64,000 nt of DNA from Promethearchaeota archaeon (lineage in GTDB: Archaea > Asgardarchaeota > Lokiarchaeia > Sigyniarchaeales > SOKP01): the NCBI GenBank assembly GCA_048939995.1, contig JBHLOY010000001.1:366449-430448 (forward strand), in the 5' to 3' direction. The position numbers were made by a program, and so were the translations under genes. The notes beneath the pieces were generated by a model, which saw only the letters and a list, made by a program, of their open reading frames with translations, had not been told where the DNA came from and made no database searches. Each line of letters starts with the position of its first letter. Position 1 is the first letter of the stretch. Positions 1 through 9,298 of this stretch are shown piece after piece.

Positions 1-1
1 T

Positions 2-2563
2 ATCTATGAACAAGCAAGAAATTTAGTATTAAAGAAAGGATTTGAAAAAGAAGCAACTGTTTATTCAAATCAAATCAAAAAATATTCAGAGTTATTAGAG
101 AAGGAAAAAAGGTTACATGAAATAGAAGTTGAGAAGGCTAAAAAGCAAGAAAATTTTATAAAAATGAAAAAACGAGGAAAAGATAATCAGATTCCTGAAT
201 CAGATATTCAAAGGATTAAAGAAGTTGAAGTTAGAAGAAAATTTGAACAAGAGGAACAAGCTTTTGAAGCAGAAATAGATCAATTGGTAGATATTGCTGA
301 AAAGATGGCACGTGAGTATGAACTTACCATCAAACGCGGTAATTTCGAAAAGGAATGTCCTTATCCTAGGATAATAGAGATGTATAAGGATATAAGGGAA
401 AAAGTATATCTCAGAGATTGGACGGAGGAAGCAAAGATCTATACTAATCAAATCATTCTCTATCAAGAAAAATTGGAGAAAGACAGTAAACTACGTGAAT
501 TAGAAGCTAAGAAAGTAATAGAAAAACAAGAATTTGAAGAGAGTCTTAAGAGGATTGATAAAATTGAACCACAAAAGCTACCAGAAGATAAGGAAAAGGA
601 CCAAAATGCAAAATTGCTAGATGAGGCTATGAATCTTATAAATGATGCTGAGAATGAAGTAAAAAGTTATGAACTAAGTTTGAAAAAGGATATCCTTATT
701 TACAAAAGTCCTTATGAAAAAGCTCTATCTAATTATGAAAAGGCAAGAAAGATATTTAAAGAAGTTGGATGGGTGGAGGAAAGTAATCGCCTACTTAATA
801 CAATAAACTTTTATAAAGATAAAAAAGAAAGGGATGATAATTTAAGAGAAATTGAAAAAACTAAATTAGAGAAAGCGAAAATGGAAGAGGCTAGAGTTAA
901 ATATATACCTGAACATAAGCCATTTGCTCAGGAAGAAAAAGTCATTGATTTTGAAAAATTAAAGAAAGAGGAAGCTCAAGTTTCTGAACCAATATTCCAG
1001 TTAATAAATAAAGCTGAGAAAATGTCTCAAGAATATGAAATTAGAAAGAAAGAGGGCATTTTGAATGTTCCCTCCCCATACCTAGAAATAATTGATTTAT
1101 ATAAACAAGCTAAGGCTCAATTTGAAAAAATTGAATGGAATGAAGAAGCAATTCAATTGGTTAATTCAATTAACTATTATAAAGAAAAATTAGAATCAGA
1201 CAAAAAGGTTAGAGATTTTGAGCTTCATAAATTAAAGAAAGAAGAAGCTTTAGAGGAAAAAAGAAAATTGGAAGCTAAATTTGCACGGGAAGCAGAAGCG
1301 GAATTATTAAAACAGAAAGTACATGCTCTTGAATTAAAGAGAATAAAGAATTTAGAGTACGAAGCAAAAAAGGAACAGGCTTTTAATTTCATGGATCTAG
1401 CCAAAAAAGAATTAAAACAAAATCATTTTGAGAAGGCAATAAGATTTTATCAAAATGGTGAAAAAAATTTTTCTGAAATAAATTGGCCAGAGGGTATTCG
1501 GATGGTAAATGAATCTATTAATCTGATCAAGAAGAAGCAGGAAGCATTGGAAAGAGAACGACAATTATTAAAAATTAAAGAAGAGGAAGAGATAAAGGTA
1601 AAAGCTCAGTTAGAGGAACAAATTGCTAAAGCTCAGGATCTAAAGGATATGCAAGAAGAAAAACGAAAACAAGAGCTAATAGCAATCCAAAAACAACAAG
1701 ACTATGAAAGGAAAGTGTCAGAACAAGCATATAAATTATTAGAAGATGGTACTGAATTAAAAAATCTGAAAAAGTTTGAACAAGCATACGAAAAATATAT
1801 AATGGGAAGGGACTTATTCGAAAAAATTGGTTGGGTCCATGAGGTAAGTCGTATTAATAATGATTTACTATTTATCTTAAAAAAGGAAATGAAGCAAGTT
1901 GAAAGGATAAAAGTGATGCAGAAAAGAAAACTAGAAGAAGAAAAAGAGATTGAGGTATTACTAAGAGAAGCTGATGAAAAACGTAAAGAGGGGGAAAAAG
2001 TAAAAAAAGAAGAGAAACGCGAAAAGCGAGAATTAGTGATGCATCAAAAGTTAGAGGAAGCGAATAATATTATAAACGATTTAAAATATAACGAAGGAAT
2101 CTTAAAACTTAGAAAACTGATTGGAAAGTTAGAAAAAATTGGTCAAGAAAAACAAATTAAACAGATATTAAAACAAATTGAAGATTTAGAAAATGCAAGT
2201 AAAGTACCTTTAATTACCATAGAAGATTTTGAGAAGAATGAAAATCTTGAAAGATTTTCTACTGCTTATAAAGCCCTAGATAGAGCACAGATATCTATAT
2301 CGGAAAATCAGTTTATGAAAGCAATTTCAGAATTTAATGAGGCAAAATTTAATTTGAAAAATACGATTGTAGGTCAAAAATATATTCCAATAATTAAGGA
2401 AAAAATTAATGTTTACAAGAGGATTTTAGGCATTAAAATAGAACCAGAAGAAGAGTTAGAAGTTAAAAAACCTTTAGCTGAAGAGGATACATTAAGAGAG
2501 AAGATAACAGCTCGGAGAGAAGAAAGAAGGAAGAGAGTCAATAAATTACTCGGAAAGATGTAG
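2..2563 (+). CDS. Large Glu/Lys-rich helical repeat/coiled-coil protein, 5'-truncated by window edge
   Basis: Frame is open from position 2 (IYEQARNLVLKKGFEKEA...) into the 164..2563 ORF. Recurring motif (PY/F)xxAxxxYxxAxxxFxxxxWxEE (TPR-like helical hairpins) separated by charged coiled coils. Confidence 0.8.
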   Translation: MYEQARNLVLKKGFEKEATVYSNQIKKYSELLEKEKRLHEIEVEKAKKQENFIKMKKRGKDNQIPESDIQRIKEVEVRRKFEQEEQAFEAEIDQLVDIAEKMAREYELTIKRGNFEKECPYPRIIEMYKDIREKVYLRDWTEEAKIYTNQIILYQEKLEKDSKLRELEAKKVIEKQEFEESLKRIDKIEPQKLPEDKEKDQNAKLLDEAMNLINDAENEVKSYELSLKKDILIYKSPYEKALSNYEKARKIFKEVGWVEESNRLLNTINFYKDKKERDDNLREIEKTKLEKAKMEEARVKYIPEHKPFAQEEKVIDFEKLKKEEAQVSEPIFQLINKAEKMSQEYEIRKKEGILNVPSPYLEIIDLYKQAKAQFEKIEWNEEAIQLVNSINYYKEKLESDKKVRDFELHKLKKEEALEEKRKLEAKFAREAEAELLKQKVHALELKRIKNLEYEAKKEQAFNFMDLAKKELKQNHFEKAIRFYQNGEKNFSEINWPEGIRMVNESINLIKKKQEALERERQLLKIKEEEEIKVKAQLEEQIAKAQDLKDMQEEKRKQELIAIQKQQDYERKVSEQAYKLLEDGTELKNLKKFEQAYEKYIMGRDLFEKIGWVHEVSRINNDLLFILKKEMKQVERIKVMQKRKLEEEKEIEVLLREADEKRKEGEKVKKEEKREKRELVMHQKLEEANNIINDLKYNEGILKLRKLIGKLEKIGQEKQIKQILKQIEDLENASKVPLITIEDFEKNENLERFSTAYKALDRAQISISENQFMKAISEFNEAKFNLKNTIVGQKYIPIIKEKINVYKRILGIKIEPEEELEVKKPLAEEDTLREKITARREERRKRVNKLLGKM

Positions 2564-2608
2564 ATATTCTCAAATTGGTTAATTAAGATTAAAAAAAAAG
2601 AAGTAAAA

Positions 2609-2824
2609 TTATAATAATTCTTGTATTTGATGTTCAACTTCCGTTTGTACTATAGTTGAGGCGATATTTCTTTTTACAGATTCTTCGATTAAATACTCTG
2701 TTTTTATTAAATCCCGAATTCCGACACGTATTGCTTCGGATCGATTAGGAAACTTACCTTCAGCAACTAGTATTTCTAATACTTTTAAATAGGATTCTGG
2801 TAAATTTACTGAGATTAATTTCAT
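2609..2824 (-). CDS. Ribbon-helix-helix (CopG/Arc/MetJ) regulator, CdrS-like
   Basis: N-terminal beta strand LISVNLP, then G-x-FPNRSEAIR helix motif typical of archaeal CdrS-type RHH proteins. Confidence 0.85.
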   Translation of the reverse strand: MKLISVNLPESYLKVLEILVAEGKFPNRSEAIRVGIRDLIKTEYLIEESVKRNIASTIVQTEVEHQIQELL

Positions 2825-2893
2825 ATTATTTCATTTTATTATGTAAGTTCATATATATATCATATTATTGACGTATTATATTATTATCACGCA

Positions 2894-2909
2894 CATATAT
2901 AAACCTTTC
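2894..2909 (-). promoter_or_regulatory. Putative BRE/TATA promoter of RHH gene
   Basis: Minus strand reads GAAAGG-TTTATATAT about 70 nt upstream of the start codon. Confidence 0.5.
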
Positions 2910-3050
2910 AATGGAAATTGACCCCAAGAAAACCGACAAAAAGAATATCATAACTTTTAACTACTATCTTTTAGATTTAGTTAGTATTAATAGATATTTC
3001 AAATATCCCATAGATAATTTAACTTTTTTATATAAAAATTTAGTAAAATA

Positions 3051-3082
3051 TTTATATGTAACACTATATGTAACATGTAACA
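3051..3082 (+). promoter_or_regulatory. TATA box overlapped by three TGTAACA direct repeats (candidate operator)
   Basis: TTTATAT at 3051; TGTAACA at 3057, 3069 and 3076 (TATATGTAACA twice). Confidence 0.5.
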
Positions 3083-3113
3083 TTAAAATTAAAAAAAAGT
3101 AAGAAGATATATT

Positions 3114-3437
3114 ATGTCAAGTATTCAATCTCAATTAAAAGAGCATTTAGACAAAGCTACGGACTGGGCAAAAATGGAAACTCCGGTCCCCGGTGTATTC
3201 GTAGTGAAAGTTCCTGCTACTAAGACCAGACCTTCATTATTATTTATAGAGGTTAATCCACTCAATGAAGATGGCACACCCATGAAAAGGAAGGGTTTAT
3301 TTGTAGGGTCCAAAGAAATGTTAATCAAGTTTGGTGAAACTTTGAATGATGACAAAGTTTTTCAATTAATTGGAGAAATAGAAAAGGTTAATCCGAAAGA
3401 GGTTAAATCTAAATCCACTAAAAAACTTGAAATGTAA
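3114..3437 (+). CDS. Conserved archaeal hypothetical protein
   Basis: 107 aa ORF with upstream TATA; motif DW..TPVPGVFVVKVP...EVNP...G.P.KRKG resembles an uncharacterised archaeal family. Confidence 0.75.
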   Translation: MSSIQSQLKEHLDKATDWAKMETPVPGVFVVKVPATKTRPSLLFIEVNPLNEDGTPMKRKGLFVGSKEMLIKFGETLNDDKVFQLIGEIEKVNPKEVKSKSTKKLEM

Positions 3438-3515
3438 TTTTTTACTTCAAAATAACTGTTTTTTTCCTATTCCATATTATAGTCTTAATTTTATAATAAG
3501 GATAAAGAAAAATAA

Positions 3516-3800
3516 TCAACGAGCAGATACTCCATCCCAGGCTTTAACCTCAGGATCCTCGTATCCACAAACAGGGCATTTTTGATTGACTTCCCATGCT
3601 TCTAGAGCAGGATGTACACGTGTAAATAGAGATCCGCATTTCTGACAAACTAAATATTTAGCACCGCACTTATCACACATCTTTAGTTGCCCTTTTTCAA
3701 CGAACCTAAAAGTTCGAGCCATCCATTCGTCGTGTACTAAGCGAAAGGTATTACCACCACACTGAGAACAGTTCTTACCATTTTCTTCCATTTCTACCAT
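3516..3800 (-). CDS. Small double zinc-ribbon protein
   Basis: Four CxxC pairs (CSQC, CDKC, CQKC, CPVC) in 94 aa. Confidence 0.8.
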   Translation of the reverse strand: MVEMEENGKNCSQCGGNTFRLVHDEWMARTFRFVEKGQLKMCDKCGAKYLVCQKCGSLFTRVHPALEAWEVNQKCPVCGYEDPEVKAWDGVSAR

Positions 3801-4012
3801 CTTTTCAAAAGAATTATATAAAAAGTATATTATTTTACAAATATAAATTTTACACTTAGAGAAAGGCGGTTATAAGAAGAACCACTAGTCCATTTAACTC
3901 AAAAAAAAGTTTTAATCAGAGTAATTATTAATTATTTTTTTAACCTATACTTTTTTAAATAGGTATATACTGAATACTATATTGTAATTAATAAACATTT
4001 AAGTATTTAAAA

Positions 4013-4486
4013 ATGTCAATTAAGATAGACCTTGCGACTCCTGAGCAAATTGACGCGTTAAGAAAGCTTACTAAGCAGCTTGTAGAGGGATTAGGACAAG
4101 ATTTTGACCCAAAAAGATTCGATTGGGGGATTTCTCGAAGAATCTATGATAAATTGCAGAGACACGGAATACTTATTGCTGTAGATGAAGATAAAGATGA
4201 TGAAGTTGTAGGGATGGTTATTGCTGAGTTACGTATTGATCCTTTTGGAACCTCTGAAGGATATATCAAACAAGTATTTCTTAAGGAGGAATACCGTGGT
4301 AAAGGAATTGGAGAATTACTTATAAAAAAAGCTATTGAACATTTACGTAAGATTAAAGTGGAAAAAATTAAGGTAAATATTAAAGAACAAGCTAAACTAG
4401 CAGCCAATCTCTATGCTAAAATGCATTTTAAAAAAGTTTATGAAGTTTTAGAACTAGATCTATCAAAAGAAAAATTTGAAGATTAG
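4013..4486 (+). CDS. GNAT family N-acetyltransferase
   Basis: Motif A VFLKEEYRGKGIGELL; A..LY.KM.F motif B. Confidence 0.9.
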   Translation: MSIKIDLATPEQIDALRKLTKQLVEGLGQDFDPKRFDWGISRRIYDKLQRHGILIAVDEDKDDEVVGMVIAELRIDPFGTSEGYIKQVFLKEEYRGKGIGELLIKKAIEHLRKIKVEKIKVNIKEQAKLAANLYAKMHFKKVYEVLELDLSKEKFED

Positions 4487-4504
4487 ATTAAAAGCACTAA
4501 ATAG

Positions 4505-5482
4505 ATGATTGATTTAGAAACACCTTGGGTTGAAAAATATCGTCCAAAAACATTTGATGATATAGTTAGTCAAAACATTGCTGTAAACAATTTAAGAGAG
4601 TTTACTAAATCGGGAGATATGCCCCACTTGATTTTTGCTGGTCCTGCTGGCACTGGAAAAACTAGTACAGCTTTAATTGTCGCAAGAGAGATGATTACGA
4701 AAGATAGATATCATAGAAACGTTCTTGAACTAAATGCTTCGGATACCGTAAGGATGGATTATGTCAGAAACGTTATTAAAGATTTCGTGAGTCAGAAAAT
4801 GATAATTGATGATGCTTCTCTAAAATTTATAATTTTAGATGAAGCTGATAATATTCCAGGACAAGTCCAACAAGCTCTTAGAAGGATAATTGAATTATCA
4901 TCTAATAATGTTAAATTCATATTATTATGTAATTACATTAATAGAATTATCGATCCTATTGTTTCTAGATGTGCTGTATTCAGGTTTGTATCTCTCTCAG
5001 AAAAAAAAATAATTGAAAGATTGAAATATATCGTTAAGCAAGAGAATATTAAGATCTCACAAGATAAACGAGACCTATTATATAAAACTTTATTCTTTAT
5101 ATCAGGTGGAGATCTTAGGAAAGCTATAAACACTTTACAGATGTCTGTAGCATTAAAATTAACAGATGATTTAGATTTAGATGAGATTTTAAGAATATCA
5201 GGTTTTCTGGATGAAGAGACATTAGAGAAGTTAGCTAGTAAAATTATTGAACGAGATATGGCGAATGTTAGAGAGATTGTAGATGGAATCATTAACTTTG
5301 ACAGTAGAAATTTGATAAAACAAATTATAGAAATTCTTCCTCAACTTAAAATTAACCCTAAAAACTTAAGCTCTGTAATATCCCATATTGGAACTGTTGA
5401 TTATCGGTTAAGTCAGAGTGCTGATGAAAACATTCAATTAACTTCATTAATAGCAGAAATAATAAAGAATGTTAATATTTAA
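4505..5482 (+). CDS. rfcS: Replication factor C small subunit
   Basis: PWVEKYRP, Walker A GPAGTGKT, ELNASD, Walker B ILDEAD, SRC arginine finger, GDLRKAIN. Confidence 0.96.
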   Translation: MIDLETPWVEKYRPKTFDDIVSQNIAVNNLREFTKSGDMPHLIFAGPAGTGKTSTALIVAREMITKDRYHRNVLELNASDTVRMDYVRNVIKDFVSQKMIIDDASLKFIILDEADNIPGQVQQALRRIIELSSNNVKFILLCNYINRIIDPIVSRCAVFRFVSLSEKKIIERLKYIVKQENIKISQDKRDLLYKTLFFISGGDLRKAINTLQMSVALKLTDDLDLDEILRISGFLDEETLEKLASKIIERDMANVREIVDGIINFDSRNLIKQIIEILPQLKINPKNLSSVISHIGTVDYRLSQSADENIQLTSLIAEIIKNVNI

Positions 5483-5500
5483 GACTTTATAGGGTTAAGT

Positions 5501-6547
5501 ATGAGTACAGAACCTCCAATTTGGCGTATTAAGTATTTGCCTTATACATTAGAGGAAATATGCGGAAGAGAAGTGATAAAAGATAGACTTAATAATTTCA
5601 TCAAGTCAAAAAACTTTCCTCATCTTCTATTTTTTGGACCAGAAGGTATAGGAAAAACTACCATTGCCAGATTGTTCTCAAAATTATTTCTGGGGGATTT
5701 TTTCGATGTTAATTTTAGAATTGTTTATGCAAACGTCCCTTTAACTAGTGAAGAACTAAAAGAGGCTCGTTCTGAAGCTTATATTTCTACAAGTAGGATA
5801 GGAAGTTTAGCTGGAAAAACAATTACTACTCCTGCATTTTTACAAGTAAAAATTAAACCATTTATTCAGTTGAAGGTTTTGGGAGGAGCTCCATTTAAAA
5901 TTTTAATTATAAAAAATTTTGAATCATTGGGATCAAACCAACAAGGATTTCGAAGATTAATGGAAAGTTATGGGACTAATTGCCGGATGATATTAATAAC
6001 TACTAAAATTTCCAATATTATAGATCCTATTATTAGCCGTTGTCAAATATTTCTAGTCCCTCCACCTGATTTTAAATCATTTACAGAATTAATATCTGAT
6101 ATTGCAATTAAGGAATCATTAAAGATTGATAATGAAGCAATTAAATTACTTTACAGATATACTGAAGGTAAAATAGCCAACGCTATAGATTTATTACAAC
6201 TGAGCAGTATAAAAAGCAAAATTGTTGATATTAACAAACTATACGATAATTTAATCAGCTCACAAAAAGATTTAGTAAGAAGTCTGTTACTCTTATGCTT
6301 TAAAGGAGATTTTTTAAAAGCAAGAGATTTATTTCGTAAAATTCAGGGTAGTTATAGATATTCAGCTCATGAAATTTTTAATTTTTTAATGCTTGAGTTG
6401 TTAAAGTTGCCTATTAGCACATTTAGCAAATGCAAATTAATGGATTTAATTTCAAAAGCAGATTTTAGAGCGGTAGATGGAATAGATGTGGATATCCAAA
6501 CTTCTAATCTCATAGCAAAAATATGTTACTTCTCAAACTTTATATAG
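5501..6547 (+). CDS. Second, divergent RFC small subunit (degenerate Walker B)
   Basis: PIWRIKYLP, Walker A GPEGIGKT, SRC kept (IISRC); Walker B position reads IIKNFE; sensor-2 Arg absent (GKIANAI). Confidence 0.9.
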   Translation: MSTEPPIWRIKYLPYTLEEICGREVIKDRLNNFIKSKNFPHLLFFGPEGIGKTTIARLFSKLFLGDFFDVNFRIVYANVPLTSEELKEARSEAYISTSRIGSLAGKTITTPAFLQVKIKPFIQLKVLGGAPFKILIIKNFESLGSNQQGFRRLMESYGTNCRMILITTKISNIIDPIISRCQIFLVPPPDFKSFTELISDIAIKESLKIDNEAIKLLYRYTEGKIANAIDLLQLSSIKSKIVDINKLYDNLISSQKDLVRSLLLLCFKGDFLKARDLFRKIQGSYRYSAHEIFNFLMLELLKLPISTFSKCKLMDLISKADFRAVDGIDVDIQTSNLIAKICYFSNFI

Positions 6548-6555
6548 GTGATTAA

Positions 6556-7914
6556 TTGCCAAGAAAAGTAAGAAATCTTCCTTGGGTGGAAAAATATCGA
6601 CCCCAATCTATTAAAGCTATGGCATTACCAATGGCTAAGCTAAAAGGACATAGAATCAAACTTGATGAAGAATTACGGTCCTTTGTCAATGAATTTTTCA
6701 CGGAAATAGAGAGAATTAACATCGAGAATAGAAAAATTAGACAGTTTAATCGTATGCATATAGAAAAAGAACAAAAGGAGGAAATTAAAATTGCTCCCGA
6801 TAAAGCAGCAGTTCTTTTAGAAGGACCCCCAGGAGTTGGTAAGACTTCAATAGTATATGCGCTAGCAAATGATTTAAATATGGAAATAATTGAGACTAAT
6901 GCTTCTGACACAAGAACAAAAGCAAAATTGGAAGCTAAACTAAAAGAAACTGTGAAATCAAGAGGTATCATGGATTTTATAACTGATAGCAAGCGTAAAT
7001 TAATACTTATTGATGAAGTGGATGGTATTTACGGTGTTTCTGACAGAGGTGCAGTACCCACAATTTTAAATCTAATTGAAGAAACTCAGTTTCCTATAAT
7101 TTTGTGTTCAAATGAATATAAACAAAATTTACAATCACTTTATAATAAAATCAAAAGGTATGAAGTTAATCCTCTCTCAACTCAGGAAATGTTAAAGGTG
7201 GCAAGAAGTATTCTTAAAGAAGAGAAAATTTTCGATTTGATTGATGAAGATTTAAGCTTAGTAATTTCTAAAAATAATGGAGATCTTCGGGGTGTAATTA
7301 ATGATCTCGAAGCATTGAGCCATGGAGCTATGGATAAAAATTATAAAGATTTAATTTTAAAACTAAATAGAGATAGCTATGAAGTGATTTTCACTATAAT
7401 TAGAGAACTATTTCAAGAAGTAAAAACACTTAGAGAAGCTCGTAATTTAACGGATAAATCTGATGTTGATTATAATTTCCTATATAAATGGATTAATGAA
7501 AATCTTCCTAACTTTATTGAGCTTAAAAATGAAATAGTTGACGCGTATGAAAATCTTTCAATAGCAGATGAAGTTTTTGGAAGAATAAGGAAAAATCAAT
7601 ACTGGTCACTTCTACCTTATTTCTACGATCTCTTTGCTGGAGGTGTAGCCCTATCTAAGGCGGATAAGGCATCAAAATCAGGATTTCAAAGAGTTCAATT
7701 CCCTAGATACAGCTCATCTTCATTTTTTTCTTTAAGTGCAACAGAAAAATTATTTACTGAAAAAGTTATAGAAAAGTATTCTATTTCTGAAATTGAAATA
7801 ATTCAGAATTTTTTACCATTTTTGAGAATATTGTGTAGCAGTTCGAGAAAACATCTGAAAGAAATAAGTGATTGGCTGGAATTAGATGCTAAAGAGAAGA
7901 AGCTTTTAAAGTAA
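6556..7914 (+). CDS. rfcL: Replication factor C large subunit
   Basis: LPWVEKYRP, GPPGVGKT, ETNASDTR, LIDEVDG, GDLRGVINDL, W-I-N-E-N collar motif; TTG start after AGGTGA RBS. Confidence 0.93.
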   Translation: MPRKVRNLPWVEKYRPQSIKAMALPMAKLKGHRIKLDEELRSFVNEFFTEIERINIENRKIRQFNRMHIEKEQKEEIKIAPDKAAVLLEGPPGVGKTSIVYALANDLNMEIIETNASDTRTKAKLEAKLKETVKSRGIMDFITDSKRKLILIDEVDGIYGVSDRGAVPTILNLIEETQFPIILCSNEYKQNLQSLYNKIKRYEVNPLSTQEMLKVARSILKEEKIFDLIDEDLSLVISKNNGDLRGVINDLEALSHGAMDKNYKDLILKLNRDSYEVIFTIIRELFQEVKTLREARNLTDKSDVDYNFLYKWINENLPNFIELKNEIVDAYENLSIADEVFGRIRKNQYWSLLPYFYDLFAGGVALSKADKASKSGFQRVQFPRYSSSSFFSLSATEKLFTEKVIEKYSISEIEIIQNFLPFLRILCSSSRKHLKEISDWLELDAKEKKLLK

Positions 7915-7985
7915 CATGAAATTTATAAAGATGGACTTTATTATTTATAGTAACTTAATCTTGATTATTTTCTTGAATAAAGAGT

Positions 7986-8246
7986 ATGGCAGTTGAACCA
8001 AAGCACGCTAGAATTCAAGTTTATTTTGATTGTATCTGTGGGATAATTTGCTCATCACTTTCAATCTCAGGGATAATTGTAACTACTTTGTTAAAAGGGA
8101 TATTTAATCCTTTCTGGTATAGCTTAAGTCTAACTTTCTGGATTATATGGCTAATTCTTTCCATATTTCTAATTTTATTAGGAATGTATACTAAAAGAAA
8201 AGAAGAAGCAATGTATAGAAAGGTTTTCAATCAGAGTCAGGGATAA
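7986..8246 (+). CDS. Small two-helix membrane protein
   Basis: 86 aa, two hydrophobic segments, basic C-tail. Confidence 0.65.
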   Translation: MAVEPKHARIQVYFDCICGIICSSLSISGIIVTTLLKGIFNPFWYSLSLTFWIIWLILSIFLILLGMYTKRKEEAMYRKVFNQSQG

Positions 8247-8483
8247 TCCCTCAAAATTGAGTAGATCTTATCTTATCTTATACGAAACCTTTGTGCTATT
8301 AACATTTAAATTTTAATCCAAATTATGGGATTGATTCCTTAGACAAGTATATTCTTCAAATAAGTAGTTTAAGTAACTCATTTGGGTCATTTCTTTACCT
8401 AATTCAGTATTAATTAATATAAATAAAGCTTTTATATTTGAGTTGACTTAGGTTATTATAAAAATATAACATTATGTTTTAAA

Positions 8484-9173
8484 ATGGCAGAATTAAAAGA
8501 AAAGAAAGTAGTTGAACTTAATGATACTACTAATGTAGAAAAAGAAACTAAGATATCAAGAAGTTCTCGTATTAACCTACAAATTAGTGGAGCTGCATAT
8601 TTTGGTGCTCTTTCTATTGTTTTATCAGCAATTTTGGCACCAATAATTCCAAGAGTTCCTGGGTGGGGTATCGCATACTTTGACCCAGTTTCAATTGTAT
8701 GGGTTATGTGTTTCTTTATATTTGGCACAAAAGCTGGATTATTATGTTGCGGAATAGGAACTTTAGGTTTAATGCCTTTTGATCCTTTCGCTCCAATAGG
8801 TCCTCTGATGAAACTTTTTGCAACACTTTCTTTAATAATTATTCCAATTATATTATTAAGATTATATAAAACAGAGGAAGGGATTAGAAACAGTCAGAAA
8901 CTTAAGAATAGCTCAAATTTCATAATAACAAGTATTTTGGGTATTTTTCTAAGAATAGTAGTGATGATGTTCTTCAATGTATTACTATTTTTGACGTTAT
9001 TTCCTTTAGAATATGCAAATCTAGGATTCTTAGGCATGAGTGACGTAACAGGATGGACTGCAGTTATTATAGTAGTTATTCTTATAAATGCTGAAACTAG
9101 TTTGTGGGATTTATTGATTCCTTATGCGGTTACCTTTGGAGCTAGATTAGATCAAAAATTTGAAATTTGGTAA
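8484..9173 (+). CDS. ECF transporter S-component-like membrane protein
   Basis: About six hydrophobic helices, AxxxALSIVL first helix, FDPVS...GxxAG pattern. Confidence 0.7.
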   Translation: MAELKEKKVVELNDTTNVEKETKISRSSRINLQISGAAYFGALSIVLSAILAPIIPRVPGWGIAYFDPVSIVWVMCFFIFGTKAGLLCCGIGTLGLMPFDPFAPIGPLMKLFATLSLIIIPIILLRLYKTEEGIRNSQKLKNSSNFIITSILGIFLRIVVMMFFNVLLFLTLFPLEYANLGFLGMSDVTGWTAVIIVVILINAETSLWDLLIPYAVTFGARLDQKFEIW

Positions 9174-9179
9174 CCTTAC

Positions 9180-9198
9180 TTTTCTTCTTTTTTTTTTT
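9180..9198 (+). terminator. Oligo-T terminator
   Basis: Long T tract directly after the stop codon at 9173. Confidence 0.55.
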
Positions 9199-9298
9199 GA
9201 GTTTAAATATCTTTTTATAATTTTCGGACTTAATCTTTAAATAAGTCTTAGTTTAGTTTATTTAGAATTTGTAGGATCTTGAGAGGATTAAAATTAGC

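Noticed and set aside
2911-3102. 63-aa ORF in the track
   Set aside because: Spans a very AT-rich divergent promoter region; no RBS or motif.
8247-8483. Riboswitch upstream of the ECF S-component
   Set aside because: A TATA-like element at about 8429 implies a very short leader; no recognisable aptamer motif.
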